This document shows, one piece after another, positions 25,086 to 34,299 of a stretch of 36,672 nucleotides of DNA (position 1 is the first letter of the stretch; the number at the start of each line of letters is the position of its first letter). Origin of the DNA: an uncultured Clostridia bacterium (GTDB lineage Bacteria > Bacillota > DTU025); assembly GCA_964471415.1 (NCBI GenBank), contig CAYYHF010000002.1, forward strand, positions 1 through 36,672, read 5' to 3'. Below the pieces are notes generated by a model. The model saw only the letters and a list, made by a program, of their open reading frames with translations. It was not told where the DNA came from and searched no databases. Made by a program: the position numbers and the translations under genes.

Positions 25086-25160
25086 GAAGCCGCCGAAATG
25101 CTTGCTCTCGGGGCCGAAACCGGATCCGGCGGGCGCGCCGCGGAGGGGAAGGAGACATGG

Positions 25161-25232
25161 GCAGGGTGCGATGGCTCGTCCGCGTTGACTTTGTCCGCGA
25201 CTGCCCACTACGGGTGTATACGGCTGTAAGCT
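25161..25232. repeat. Copy B of the 72-nt noncoding repeat, inverted relative to 1..72
   Basis: Identity is 64/72 with the reverse complement of 1..72. The copy lies 76 nt beyond the right end of the IS. Confidence 0.8.
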
Positions 25233-25749
25233 TGCGAGTTGCTGCGAAAGCCGGAGGTCGTCTTCAATCCTCCATTGGCCGGCAGAAAAGGTCATCCGAC
25301 TCTCAGGGTCGGGCCTGGCTCGGAGCAAGACTTGCGATGCCGTACACCGTCTCGCTGGCCTTGACCAGGCCCGAAACGTTGGCCCTAACGAGGTCGATGC
25401 GGAACGCTTGGCGAACGTGTGGGGAGTTCACGTAATCGTTTTGGGAGAGTGCTTGTACGGATGAAACGGATCTCAGCGCGAGGATGACCCTCACCTGGCA
25501 ATTCGAGATCGCGGCGCTTGAACGATACATTTGCGAAAGTCCGGGGCACCCTGGTAATCGTCCCCGGCCGTCACATCCTGGTGATCTACGGCTCGTCACA
25601 GACTAGGGCGTGCGGAATTCCTGGCGCTGCCGGACCGGTTGCCCGAGAGAGCGGACAAGAGGTATGATGGGGCCGGAAAACGAATAGCGACTGGGTGGAC
25701 AGTGGTAGATGCGAGAGCGGGCCGAAGCCGCCGCACTGGGGGGCAGGTA

Positions 25750-26499
25750 GTGGGGAAGGGACAGGGACTGAACGCGTTCACGCTAAAGCTTTTGGCCATG
25801 GGCCTGATGCTCTTCGACCACATCTACTACTTCATTCCCGGCACTCCTATCTGGTTTACATGGCTGGGGCGCATCGTTGCGCCCATCTTCTTCTTCTTCG
25901 CGGTGGAGGGGTTTCATCATACCCGAAGCAGGCTGCGCTATACAGCTAGGATGTTCGCATGGGCCGGCATCATGTTCGCAGGGACGCGCATCGTCATGCA
26001 TCTCTTCCCGCCTGTTCACGCGCCCATCGCCAACAACATCTTTCTCTCTTTGGCCCTCTCGCTCTGTCTGATGAGCGCGATTGAGTGGACACGTGACACG
26101 GGTAGATTCGGCCTTGGTGCGCCGGCCGCGATAGCCGTGGGCATTCTCTCTCTTTTCAGCGAGGCCAGTCTGTACGGGATCGGAATGACGCTGGCGTTCT
26201 TCTTGTTTCGCGGGGACCGGCGCAGGATGAGCTCGGCTTATGTTCTGATCTCGCTGGCGATATGGCTGTCGGTATCGCCGCTGCTGTCGCCCACGGGGCC
26301 GGGTATGGGCCTGTACCAGCTGTTTCATTACGACTACCAGTGGATGATGGTCTTTTCGATACCGCTCATCCTCATGTACAACGGGCAACGCGGGCCCAAA
26401 AGCGGCTTTGCCAAGTACCTCTTCTATGCATTCTATCCCTCTCATGTGTGGGTGTTGTATCTCATAGGGCGGGCGATGGCGCTGGGCGGGCGGTGGTAG
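25750..26499 (+). CDS. TraX-family membrane protein (putative acyltransferase)
   Basis: LNAFTLKLLAMGLMLFDHIYYF... is a TraX-like N-terminus, followed by multiple TM helices. The start is uncertain: GTG 25750, GTG 25702 or ATG 25798. Confidence 0.7.
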   Translation: MGKGQGLNAFTLKLLAMGLMLFDHIYYFIPGTPIWFTWLGRIVAPIFFFFAVEGFHHTRSRLRYTARMFAWAGIMFAGTRIVMHLFPPVHAPIANNIFLSLALSLCLMSAIEWTRDTGRFGLGAPAAIAVGILSLFSEASLYGIGMTLAFFLFRGDRRRMSSAYVLISLAIWLSVSPLLSPTGPGMGLYQLFHYDYQWMMVFSIPLILMYNGQRGPKSGFAKYLFYAFYPSHVWVLYLIGRAMALGGRW

Positions 26500-26635
26500 C
26501 GCTCGGCGGGTCACGCCAAGCGCCATTGCCGGCGCCAACGGACGCTCTCTGTACAGGATGATCGCCAGGGCGGTCGATATGAGCCTGCCTGCGCCGAACC
26601 TTGCGTACATCCCGAAGAGACCTGCTGAGAGCCGC

Positions 26636-28081
26636 TTAGGCCTTACGCCAGAACCCCGGGACGAGCAGGCTGAGGACTGTGTACACCTCCAGCCTGCCTA
26701 CGAGCATGCAGAAGGAGAGTAACCACTTGCCCACTGTTGGAACAGCGGAGTAGTTGCACGCCGGCCCCACCAGCCCCAAACCTGGGCCGATGTTGCCCAA
26801 GGTGGCCGCTACCGACCCTACAGCGCTCACAAAATCCAGGCCCATGGCCGACATGGCCAGCATCGACAGTATGAACACCGACAGGTAGAGGATGACAAAG
26901 GCCAGCACCGCGCTGGACACTTCCTCAGGCACTGCCTTGCCGTTCAGCCTGACCACGGTGATGCGCCGCGGGTAGACGGCTTTCCTCAGTTCCCTGATGG
27001 AGTGCTTAGCCAACACGTTTATGCGGACTACTTTGATCGCTCCGCCGGTGGATCCGCCGCAACCGCCCACGAACATGAGGAGCAGCAGGATCGCACGGCT
27101 GAGCGGGGGCCACATGTTGTAATCGATGGTGGTGAAACCGGTCGTCGTGATCACCGACACCACCTGAAACGATGAATGCCGAAGCGTGTCGGCTAGGCTG
27201 TACCTGCAGTGCGCTACAAGATCTAGGGATACCAAGACCACCGATGCCAGTACGATTCCGGCGTAGGCGCGGAGTTCGTCGTCTTTCATTACGGGCTCGA
27301 AGTTGCCGCGAAGCGCCCGGTAGTGTAGGGTGAAGTTCATGCCTGCCAGGAACATGAAGGCGGTGACGGTGAAGTGTATCGCCGGCGAGTTCCACGCCTC
27401 CAGGCTGTTGTTGGCGGTGGAGAACCCGCCCGTGGCCACGGTTCCGAAGGAGTGAGTTACTGCATCGAATACAGACATTCCAAACAGACGAAGAAGGACG
27501 GTCTGGCCCACGGTGAGCAGGATGTATATGCCCCAAAGACGCCGTGCTGTTTCGCGGATTCTGGGTTCTAGGCGGTCGGGAAGGGGGCCGGGCACTTCCG
27601 CTCGGAACAGCTGAGAACCTCCGATTTGCAGGCCAGGAAGGAGAGCAATGGAGAGAACCACGATTCCCATACCGCCCAGCCAATGAAGGAAGGATCTCCA
27701 GAACAAGATCGCGTGCGACTGCGCTTCCACGTCCAACAGGACCGTGGCTCCTGTTGTGGTTAGCCCGGACATGGTCTCGAAGACTGCATCGGCCGGCGTG
27801 CCGAGCGACCCGGCCAACAGAAACGGCAGTGCGCCGAAGAGCGCGCATGCTGTCCACCCCAGTGTGGTAACGGCCATGCCCTCCCGGTTGCCGATGCGCT
27901 CGTCTGCTTGGGGACGCGCAAGCACCGCCCCGGCGATGCCGGCTGCTGCAGTTATCGCAGCAGAGATGAGGAAGGCCGCCCAGTCTGACTCGGCGTAGAA
28001 AAGCGACACGGCAACCGGCGCCAGCATCAAGACGCCGAATACCGCAACTACGCGCGAAACCGAGCTGATGACAGACCTCAT
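26636..28081 (-). CDS. trkH: TrkH/KtrB-family potassium uptake membrane subunit
   Basis: About 10 TM segments with repeated selectivity-type motifs (SGLTTTGATV, VATGGFST, TTTGFTT, GGCGGSTGGAIKV). The start is ATG 28081. The upstream 69 codons of the track ORF overlap trkA and look non-coding. Confidence 0.9.
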   Translation of the reverse strand: MRSVISSVSRVVAVFGVLMLAPVAVSLFYAESDWAAFLISAAITAAAGIAGAVLARPQADERIGNREGMAVTTLGWTACALFGALPFLLAGSLGTPADAVFETMSGLTTTGATVLLDVEAQSHAILFWRSFLHWLGGMGIVVLSIALLPGLQIGGSQLFRAEVPGPLPDRLEPRIRETARRLWGIYILLTVGQTVLLRLFGMSVFDAVTHSFGTVATGGFSTANNSLEAWNSPAIHFTVTAFMFLAGMNFTLHYRALRGNFEPVMKDDELRAYAGIVLASVVLVSLDLVAHCRYSLADTLRHSSFQVVSVITTTGFTTIDYNMWPPLSRAILLLLMFVGGCGGSTGGAIKVVRINVLAKHSIRELRKAVYPRRITVVRLNGKAVPEEVSSAVLAFVILYLSVFILSMLAMSAMGLDFVSAVGSVAATLGNIGPGLGLVGPACNYSAVPTVGKWLLSFCMLVGRLEVYTVLSLLVPGFWRKA

Positions 28082-28098
28082 GTTCAATGTATACGCCT

Positions 28099-29448
28099 CT
28101 ATCGCAGCTCGAACAGGCGAGCTGTTTCTTCTCTTGCTGATGCCGTTGTGAACACGATTACGTGGTCGCCCGGGAGTATCCTGGTATCGCCGCGAGGCAC
28201 GATGACTTGCCCGCCCCGGACTAGTACGCCGATGACGGCGCCTGCCGGAACCCCCAAGTCCCGCAGGGGAATGCCGACTGCAGGGCACTGCTCCGGCGCT
28301 AGCACCTCCAGCACCTCCGCCCGGGCCTCTTTGAGCAGGGCCAGCGAGAGCACGTGGTCGCCGCGAACGATTTTGAGGATGGCCGCGGCGGCGCTTACCC
28401 TGGGCACTATCGTGGCATCGAGGTCCATGGGCCCGGTGAAGGGCAAGTACTCGGCGCGTTTCAGGGAGACCACTACGCGAGGTACACCCATGCGCTTCAG
28501 AAGGTAGCCTGTCAGCAGATTGGACTGATCGCTTTCGCCCACTACCGCGACTGCATCCGAGCTTTCGATGTTCTCCTCTTGCAGCACCTCAAGACTGGAC
28601 GAATCGCCCAAGATCACGGCAAGACGCGGAAATGCTTCGGCGAGACTTCTGCACCGTTTGGGGTCCTTCTCCAGCACCTTGAGCTGTACGCCGTGGGCGG
28701 CTAGGGGTTCAATGGCCCGCGCAAGGTAGTAGCCGATACTGGATCCTCCGATAATGCTGACAGATCGCAGACGTGTGGCTTCGCGTCCGGCCCGCCATCC
28801 GAATATGCTCGGCACTCCGCGGCGACCAACGACGAACACCTTGTCGCCGGGGAGGATGGTGGTATCGCCTCTGGGTATGAGCACATCGCCATCGCGCAGA
28901 ACGGCGACTAGCGTTGCGGTGGCTACATTCAAATCCCGAACGTGGGTATGGGCCACAGGCGAGTCGGGTTCGATGGTATACGACAGGATCTGTACCTTGC
29001 CTCCGGCCAGGTAATCGAATTCCGATGAATCTGGGTTCTTGATCAAGCGGGCGATATCCGCCGCGGCCTGATGATCAGGGTTGATGGTCACGTCCACGCC
29101 GGGGTATGCGCCGTCTGAGGCGAGGGCGAGATCGACATCGTACTCAGGATCGCGTACCCTCGCGATGGTTGTGTTTGCTCCAGCTTGCTTGGCCAGCATG
29201 CATGCGAGCATGTTCACCTCGTCCGATTCGGTGACGGATATGACCAGCGATGCGCCGGATACCCCCGCCTTATTCAGCACTCGCAGAGAAGCTCCGTTCC
29301 CGTGGATAGCCATGGCATCCAGGTTCCGCTCGATTTCGACCAGGCGCTCGGCAACGCGGTCGATAACTACTACATCCCGGTTTTCCTGGCATAGTCGACT
29401 TGCAAGCTCAAAACCGAGCTTGCCGGCTCCGACAATGATGACTCTCGT
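28099..29448 (-). CDS. trkA: TrkA potassium uptake NAD-binding subunit (double RCK) with a non-canonical start position
   Basis: The two RCK N/C halves are recognisable. The first Rossmann loop RVIIVGAGKLG lies upstream of the first ATG (29313). The frame is open back to ACG 29448, with an in-frame TGA at 29457-29455 and a GGAG 9 nt upstream of the ACG. Confidence 0.8.
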   Translation of the reverse strand, partial: TRVIIVGAGKLGFELASRLCQENRDVVVIDRVAERLVEIERNLDAMAIHGNGASLRVLNKAGVSGASLVISVTESDEVNMLACMLAKQAGANTTIARVRDPEYDVDLALASDGAYPGVDVTINPDHQAAADIARLIKNPDSSEFDYLAGGKVQILSYTIEPDSPVAHTHVRDLNVATATLVAVLRDGDVLIPRGDTTILPGDKVFVVGRRGVPSIFGWRAGREATRLRSVSIIGGSSIGYYLARAIEPLAAHGVQLKVLEKDPKRCRSLAEAFPRLAVILGDSSSLEVLQEENIESSDAVAVVGESDQSNLLTGYLLKRMGVPRVVVSLKRAEYLPFTGPMDLDATIVPRVSAAAAILKIVRGDHVLSLALLKEARAEVLEVLAPEQCPAVGIPLRDLGVPAGAVIGVLVRGGQVIVPRGDTRILPGDHVIVFTTASAREETARLFELR

Positions 29449-29592
29449 TTCGTATCACTCCAGACGGATTCACAGTCAGCGCAATATGCTGTAGACGATG
29501 CTAAATGAAACACATTAGACGCTCGGCGCAGGTTATCCTGCCCTTGCCCGTCCGAATAACTTTCCAGGCGACCTGATGAACACTGCCGGCCG

Positions 29593-29623
29593 TTACAACG
29601 GGATCGTCATTCACTGGTATAAT
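29593..29623 (+). promoter_or_regulatory. Candidate sigma-A promoter with an extended -10, upstream of the beta-propeller gene
   Basis: TGGTATAAT (29615-29623) is a perfect TGnTATAAT. The -35 is weak (TTACAA, 29593-98) with a 19-nt spacer. Confidence 0.4.
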
Positions 29624-29699
29624 ACTCTGTAAGGCGCTCATGCACATGGGCGCTGAGGAGCGCTAATGAGTGTGCCGGATCACGCGAGGTAACAATGTC

Positions 29700-30887
29700 A
29701 TGAGTCGAGGCGGTGGCCGAATGGGAAGACGTACAAGAAGACGTGAGGAGAGCAAGGCAAGGAGCAAGGCCGAATCGAGACGCGCTGGCTGGGGCAGATT
29801 TGGGGCCTCTGTGGGACTTGTTGCCTTCCTTGCCGTGGCGGCTGTTGTCGTTGTCGCAGGCGTCATGATGTGGCGAAGCAGCCAGGGACCGGACTGGGGG
29901 ACGGCGCCTGGCCAGATCCGCGGCGAGGATCCCGGCGCGCCGGAGGACGCCGGCGAACCGCCCAGCGGCGACCGGGCGATTTCGGAATTCCGCGAGCTGT
30001 GCACGGCGGCGTCTGGCTATCCGCGCGTGACTGCGATAGCATGGCGTGCCGATGGGGCGCAGATCGCTGCAGGGCACGCCGATGGATCCGTATCCATATG
30101 GGATTCGACGGCAGGCGCTCATGTGGTCACCATACGCGGGACGTCCGACCAAGCTGTGGACTCGTTGAGCTGGAGCCCCGGCGGGCAGCTACTGGCGGCC
30201 GCGCACAGGCGCGATCACATGACAGTGTGGGACAGCGCAGAGGCCGCAGTCGTGTGGGAGGTTGATGGCGGCGGCATCTATGCCGTGGTGGGCTGGACCG
30301 AGGACGGGCGATCGGTGAAGACCTACAACGGCGAAGAATACTGCGCGCTCTGGAACGTGGACAGCCGCACGCAAGAGCGCAGCTGGTTCGTGAGCATCGC
30401 CGAGCAGGGCGAGGTGATCAGCCCCGATGGCACGTTGGCTGCGTGGGAGTCGATGGCCGAAGGACGGTGGACGGTTCACAGGACGGATTGGCAGGCGGAT
30501 TCGGACGGCGAGCGCGAATGGGAGCTTGTAGGTCACCGAGGGCCGATCCATGGAGTGTCCTGGAAAGCGGACAGTCAAGAGCTGGCGGGGGCTACGGACG
30601 ATGGAGTCGCCGTGTGGAGCGCAACCAACGGCCGACTGGTCAGGTCCATGTCCGTCCCAGGACAACGAGTTATCTATGTTGCGTGGAGTCTGGACGCGGA
30701 CGGGCGGTGGATACTGGCGGGCTGCGATGGTGGCGCCTCTGTGGTGCTCGACGCATACACCGGTCGGCGCCTGGCCGAGGTGTCCGTGCGCGGTCGGGAT
30801 TCGTCTGCCTGGGATCCGCAGGGCGAGTATCTGGCGACTATAGGCGCCGATGGCATCGTACACTTGTACCAAGAGGAGAGTCGATAG
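29700..30887 (+). CDS. Membrane-anchored WD40-like beta-propeller repeat protein
   Basis: Arg-rich N-terminus plus one TM (VGLVAFLAVAAVVVVAGVMMW), then repeated units of the form ...W.ADG..IAAGH.DGSV.IWD... Confidence 0.7.
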   Translation: MSRGGGRMGRRTRRREESKARSKAESRRAGWGRFGASVGLVAFLAVAAVVVVAGVMMWRSSQGPDWGTAPGQIRGEDPGAPEDAGEPPSGDRAISEFRELCTAASGYPRVTAIAWRADGAQIAAGHADGSVSIWDSTAGAHVVTIRGTSDQAVDSLSWSPGGQLLAAAHRRDHMTVWDSAEAAVVWEVDGGGIYAVVGWTEDGRSVKTYNGEEYCALWNVDSRTQERSWFVSIAEQGEVISPDGTLAAWESMAEGRWTVHRTDWQADSDGEREWELVGHRGPIHGVSWKADSQELAGATDDGVAVWSATNGRLVRSMSVPGQRVIYVAWSLDADGRWILAGCDGGASVVLDAYTGRRLAEVSVRGRDSSAWDPQGEYLATIGADGIVHLYQEESR

Positions 30888-30924
30888 CGCGCGCTACACA
30901 TGCAAGTGTGGAGCGGACCCGCCG

Positions 30925-31872
30925 CTACCCATTTATGAACAGGACTTCCCGGGCCGCGTCTTCATCCGTGATAAGATGCGTTACCAACCTGCCCCGCAAG
31001 ACGGAGAGAATCGCGCGGGCCTTCCTCTTTCCGCCTGCAACGGCGAACACATTTCGCGCCGCCTTCAGCTGTTCGGCATTGACGGATGTGGTGTTCTTGC
31101 CTCTGATGGCGTTCCCCTCGTTGTCGACGAACCATCCGCACACCGCAGCCGCCACACGGGCCGGCCCGACTGCTTCGAGCGCGGCGATGAAGTAGGGATC
31201 CTGGGTGTCGACGATATTGCCCCTGCCGATGCCGATCAGCGCATTTCCGAGCTGGTTCCATAGTCCAGTGCATTGCTTGATCGATGCGTCCTCCATCAGC
31301 AGCTGTGCGATGCTGTCTTCACCGACATAGAGAGGCGCGTTAAGATACACCGATTCCGCGTTGAGGCTGCGAGCCGCTGTGTGAACTACCTGGTTGATCT
31401 GGGGCCGCCCATCGATCCCAAGGCTGCCTCCCGACAGCGGAACGATGCGTAGTCCAGGGTAATCTCTGGATTCGCGAAGCGCGGTGACTGCTTCATATAC
31501 AGTGGATCCGGCTCCGATTCCTATCACATCGCCCGGCTCGAGGTTGGCCATGAGCAGGTCCGCTGCGCGGTAGCCCAGACGCGCCTTGAGAATCTCGTAA
31601 TCCTCTCCTGATGGGCTCAGCCTGCAGCCCTTCAACCCGAACCTGCGCGTGAGTTGGTCCTCCAGCCGTCTTAGCCGCTTCGAAGGGTCGACAATGGATA
31701 TGTTCACTATTCCCCGGTCCCGGGCGTTCTGCAAAAGCCTCGACACAGCGGGCCGGGAAAGTCCCAGCATGTCGGCGATGTCCTTCTGCGTCCGTTCTTG
31801 TATATAGTACATCTCGCTCACTAGCACGAGAATATCGTCATCGTTCTTGGCCCTGATATCGCTATTCGCCAT
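30925..31872 (-). CDS. SorC/DeoR-type sugar-binding transcriptional regulator
   Basis: N-terminal HTH (YYIQERTQKDIADMLGLSRPAVSRLLQNARDRGIVNISI) plus a SorC sugar-binding domain. ATG 31872 follows AGGAGGGGG. Confidence 0.85.
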   Translation of the reverse strand: MANSDIRAKNDDDILVLVSEMYYIQERTQKDIADMLGLSRPAVSRLLQNARDRGIVNISIVDPSKRLRRLEDQLTRRFGLKGCRLSPSGEDYEILKARLGYRAADLLMANLEPGDVIGIGAGSTVYEAVTALRESRDYPGLRIVPLSGGSLGIDGRPQINQVVHTAARSLNAESVYLNAPLYVGEDSIAQLLMEDASIKQCTGLWNQLGNALIGIGRGNIVDTQDPYFIAALEAVGPARVAAAVCGWFVDNEGNAIRGKNTTSVNAEQLKAARNVFAVAGGKRKARAILSVLRGRLVTHLITDEDAAREVLFING

Positions 31873-32106
31873 CCGACCCCCTCCTTTGCTGCCCAAGGTT
31901 GTGACCGCATGAGCTTGTAGATTTACTATTTGACACATTTGTCGAGATCTCCTCCCCTCATGAGGCACACTTTGGACATCTTGCACAAATGCCAGAAAGG
32001 GATTTCACGGCCTGTGTGGAAGAAGATTTGTGACTCGACGAGGACCACGGCGAGGCGGCGAGGTCCGTTGGAGCCCAGCGTTCGATGGCGTGGAGGAGGT
32101 TCGTCA

Positions 32107-33165
32107 ATGTCATTGAAGTCGAAAGCAGCGGTCATTGTGGAGCAGGGCAAGGTGGAGGTGCGGCTGATCGACATACCCCGCCCCAAGCGCGGAGAGGTGC
32201 TCATCAGGCAGAAGGCTGTGGCCTTGTGTACTTTGGAACAGAGGTTTTTCACAGGGGTCTTCTCCCGCTATCCCGGGTGTTGGGGCCATGAGGTAGCGGG
32301 CATAGTCGAGGCCATAGGGCCTGACACTCAAACACCTCTGAAAGTCGGAGACTACGTGGCCCGAGGCGGGGGCAGCGCTTGCGGCGAGTGCTATGAGTGC
32401 GCAATGGGCAGGGACTCATTCTGCCCTGCCGAGAAGGAGCGCCTGAAGAGCCAGCAGAACACGGGCAGGCCGGACGGTGTATCCGGAATCTTCGGCATGT
32501 CGGAGTACGCTTCAGTTGATCCGCACAACCTGGTCAAGATGTCAGAGCGCATACCCTTTGAGGAAGCGGCTCTGGCCGAACCGATCGCCTGCGCCATCGC
32601 CGGCGCCAACAAGCTCGACATAGAACTGGGCCAGACGGTCGTGGTGATAGGAGCGGGCTCCATGGGCCTGGCCAATGTCCTGGTGGCCCGCGCCAGGGGC
32701 GCGTTTGTGGTTGTGAGCGATCTGGAGGCCGACAGGCGCGCGCACGCTCTGGCGTCCGGCGCCCACGCTATCCTCGATCCCGCCGCGGGCGACATAGCCG
32801 AGCAGTTGCATGCGATTAACGATGGGCGTGGAGCGGATGTGGTGATAGCGGCCATAGGCGTTGAGTCTGCTAATGAAGACGCCATGCGACTGCTGACGCC
32901 GAATGGCAAGTTGATGCTGTTCGCATCGGCTCATCCGGCTGTACCTATCTCTGTCGATCCCAACATGGTACACAGGTCGGGGATATGGATCACAGGATCG
33001 ACGAGCAAGAACCGAAAAGCGCTGTATCAGGCATCGTTGCTCATTTCCCGGGGTATCATCGACGTTCGGCCGATGATCCAGAAAGTCGTGCCTCTCGACC
33101 ACGCTCAGCGGGCGTTCGAGGAGGCTGTCGAGCCAGAGAGCTATCGCATCGTTGTTGAGATGTAG
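32107..33165 (+). CDS. Zinc-dependent medium-chain alcohol/polyol dehydrogenase (sorbitol/threonine-DH-like)
   Basis: GHEVAGIVEAIG, a structural-Zn Cys cluster (CGECYECAMGRDSFC) and a Rossmann motif VIGAGSMG. ATG 32107 follows GGAGGAGG. Confidence 0.85.
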   Translation: MSLKSKAAVIVEQGKVEVRLIDIPRPKRGEVLIRQKAVALCTLEQRFFTGVFSRYPGCWGHEVAGIVEAIGPDTQTPLKVGDYVARGGGSACGECYECAMGRDSFCPAEKERLKSQQNTGRPDGVSGIFGMSEYASVDPHNLVKMSERIPFEEAALAEPIACAIAGANKLDIELGQTVVVIGAGSMGLANVLVARARGAFVVVSDLEADRRAHALASGAHAILDPAAGDIAEQLHAINDGRGADVVIAAIGVESANEDAMRLLTPNGKLMLFASAHPAVPISVDPNMVHRSGIWITGSTSKNRKALYQASLLISRGIIDVRPMIQKVVPLDHAQRAFEEAVEPESYRIVVEM

Positions 33166-33234
33166 CGGGTAAAGTAGCAGCCCAGCGTGTGTGGGCGCAT
33201 GGGCGAACCGTGATAGACGAGGAGGAATAGTCTG

Positions 33235-34092
33235 ATGCTCCTAACCATGAATCCGATTCTGCGGGAGGCTCGCGAGAAACGATACGGAGTGGCGGCGCCC
33301 GGAGTGAACGACATGCAGACCATAGGCGCTGTGTTTCAAGCCGCCCGCGAGCTTCGAGCGCCGATAATCCTCGACTGCGTGGAAATGAACGACATCGAGG
33401 CAGTGGCGGATATCACCCGGTTCTTCGCCGCACGATACCCAGAAGTGCCGGCGGCTCTCAACTTGGATCACGGGCGCAGCTTCGATGTGTGCGCGAAAGC
33501 GATTCGAGCCGGATTCACCTCGGTGATGATCGACTGCTCCAAGCTGCCCTTTGAGGAGAATGCCCAGGTCACCGCCGAAGTAGTGAAGATGGCGCATGCG
33601 GCGGGGGTGTCTGTCGAGGCTGAATTGGGTCGAGTCGGAAGCGCGCGGAACTACGCCAAAGACCGCACCGCTCCTCTCACCGATCCGTCCGAGGCATCGG
33701 AGTTCGTCAGGCGCACCTCGGTGGATTGCCTGGCGGTTGCGGTCGGGACTGCACACGGGCTGTATGAGGGCGAGACTCCGGAGCTCGACTTCGACCGTCT
33801 GGCAGAGCTTCGCGAAGCCGTAGCCGTACCTCTGGTTCTTCACGGCGGTTCGTCTACCGGCGACGACAAGCTGGCTCGCGCAGTGAAGACAGGTATCAGC
33901 AAGGTCAACTTGTTCAGCGATCTGTCATTGGCGGGTACCGAAGCCATGCGCGAGCTTCTCGCGAGCGGCAAGACGACCAGTCTTGGCTTTCTGCCGCTGG
34001 GCATGGTCTACAGCGCGGGCGTCGAAGCATACAAGCAGATAGTGATGCGCTACATTGAGGTGTTTGGCTCTCGCGGCGCGCTCGACATGTAG
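33235..34092 (+). CDS. Class II fructose/tagatose-bisphosphate aldolase family protein
   Basis: LNLDHG, DCSKLPFEEN, VEAELG and LVLHGGSS motifs. GGAGGAA RBS. Confidence 0.85.
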   Translation: MLLTMNPILREAREKRYGVAAPGVNDMQTIGAVFQAARELRAPIILDCVEMNDIEAVADITRFFAARYPEVPAALNLDHGRSFDVCAKAIRAGFTSVMIDCSKLPFEENAQVTAEVVKMAHAAGVSVEAELGRVGSARNYAKDRTAPLTDPSEASEFVRRTSVDCLAVAVGTAHGLYEGETPELDFDRLAELREAVAVPLVLHGGSSTGDDKLARAVKTGISKVNLFSDLSLAGTEAMRELLASGKTTSLGFLPLGMVYSAGVEAYKQIVMRYIEVFGSRGALDM

Positions 34093-34299
34093 GCGCCTGG
34101 GCGGCACGCCCACCCCGCATCGATCTGGAAAGAAAGTTTCATATCATAGAAGGAATTTCCGAGCGCCGCGGCGAAGAACACAGAAGAATACAACCGATCG
34201 TTGGAGTAGTGCTGGTAGCAGCTTCGTGTGTGTGGACTTGATCGCACACCAGTTGAAACCGGCGTGGCGGAAGTTCTCTTGTGGGGGTTTGCCGCATCA

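Noticed and set aside
23502-25094. A 9-bp target-site duplication flanking the IS4 element
   Set aside because: The flanks (GCGCCAAGC and GAAGCCGCC, or with one-base-shifted boundaries) do not match, so none is reported.
25601-25685. ykkC/guanidine-I-like riboswitch fragments (CTAGGG..., CCCGAGAGAG, GGGGCCGGAAAACG) upstream of the TraX gene
   Set aside because: Only partial matches. The conserved GGUUCCG, GGUCCGAGAG and ACGG..GGGA..AAAGCCCGGGAGA modules are not intact. I could not build the P1-P3 pairings. TraX is not a known target class.
25158-25749. Group II intron. The conserved repeat begins with GTGCG on the plus strand at copy B, and AAGCTT..GCCGTATAC on the other strand resembles sequence near domain V of some introns.
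   Set aside because: I could not fold a domain V hairpin on either strand: there is no AGC-triad stem, GNRA loop or ACGUACGG 3' arm. There is no reverse-transcriptase/maturase ORF and no recognisable domain VI. The hypothesis is kept only as something a covariance-model search could exclude formally.
29449-29660. A c-di-AMP (ydaO-type) or other riboswitch upstream of trkA, as often found before K+ transporter genes in Firmicutes
   Set aside because: Reading the minus strand, I found none of the conserved ydaO blocks (ACGGGGxACCCA, CCGAACCC, AGCUAACC..GUA). The leader is also short.
34093-34299. A cre-like or operator palindrome (CCGATCGT core, GGAAAGAAAGTTTC...GGAATTTCC) between the aldolase and the first permease gene
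   Set aside because: Only a 6-bp CGATCG core is truly palindromic. The match to the cre consensus (TGWAANCGNTNWCA) is poor.
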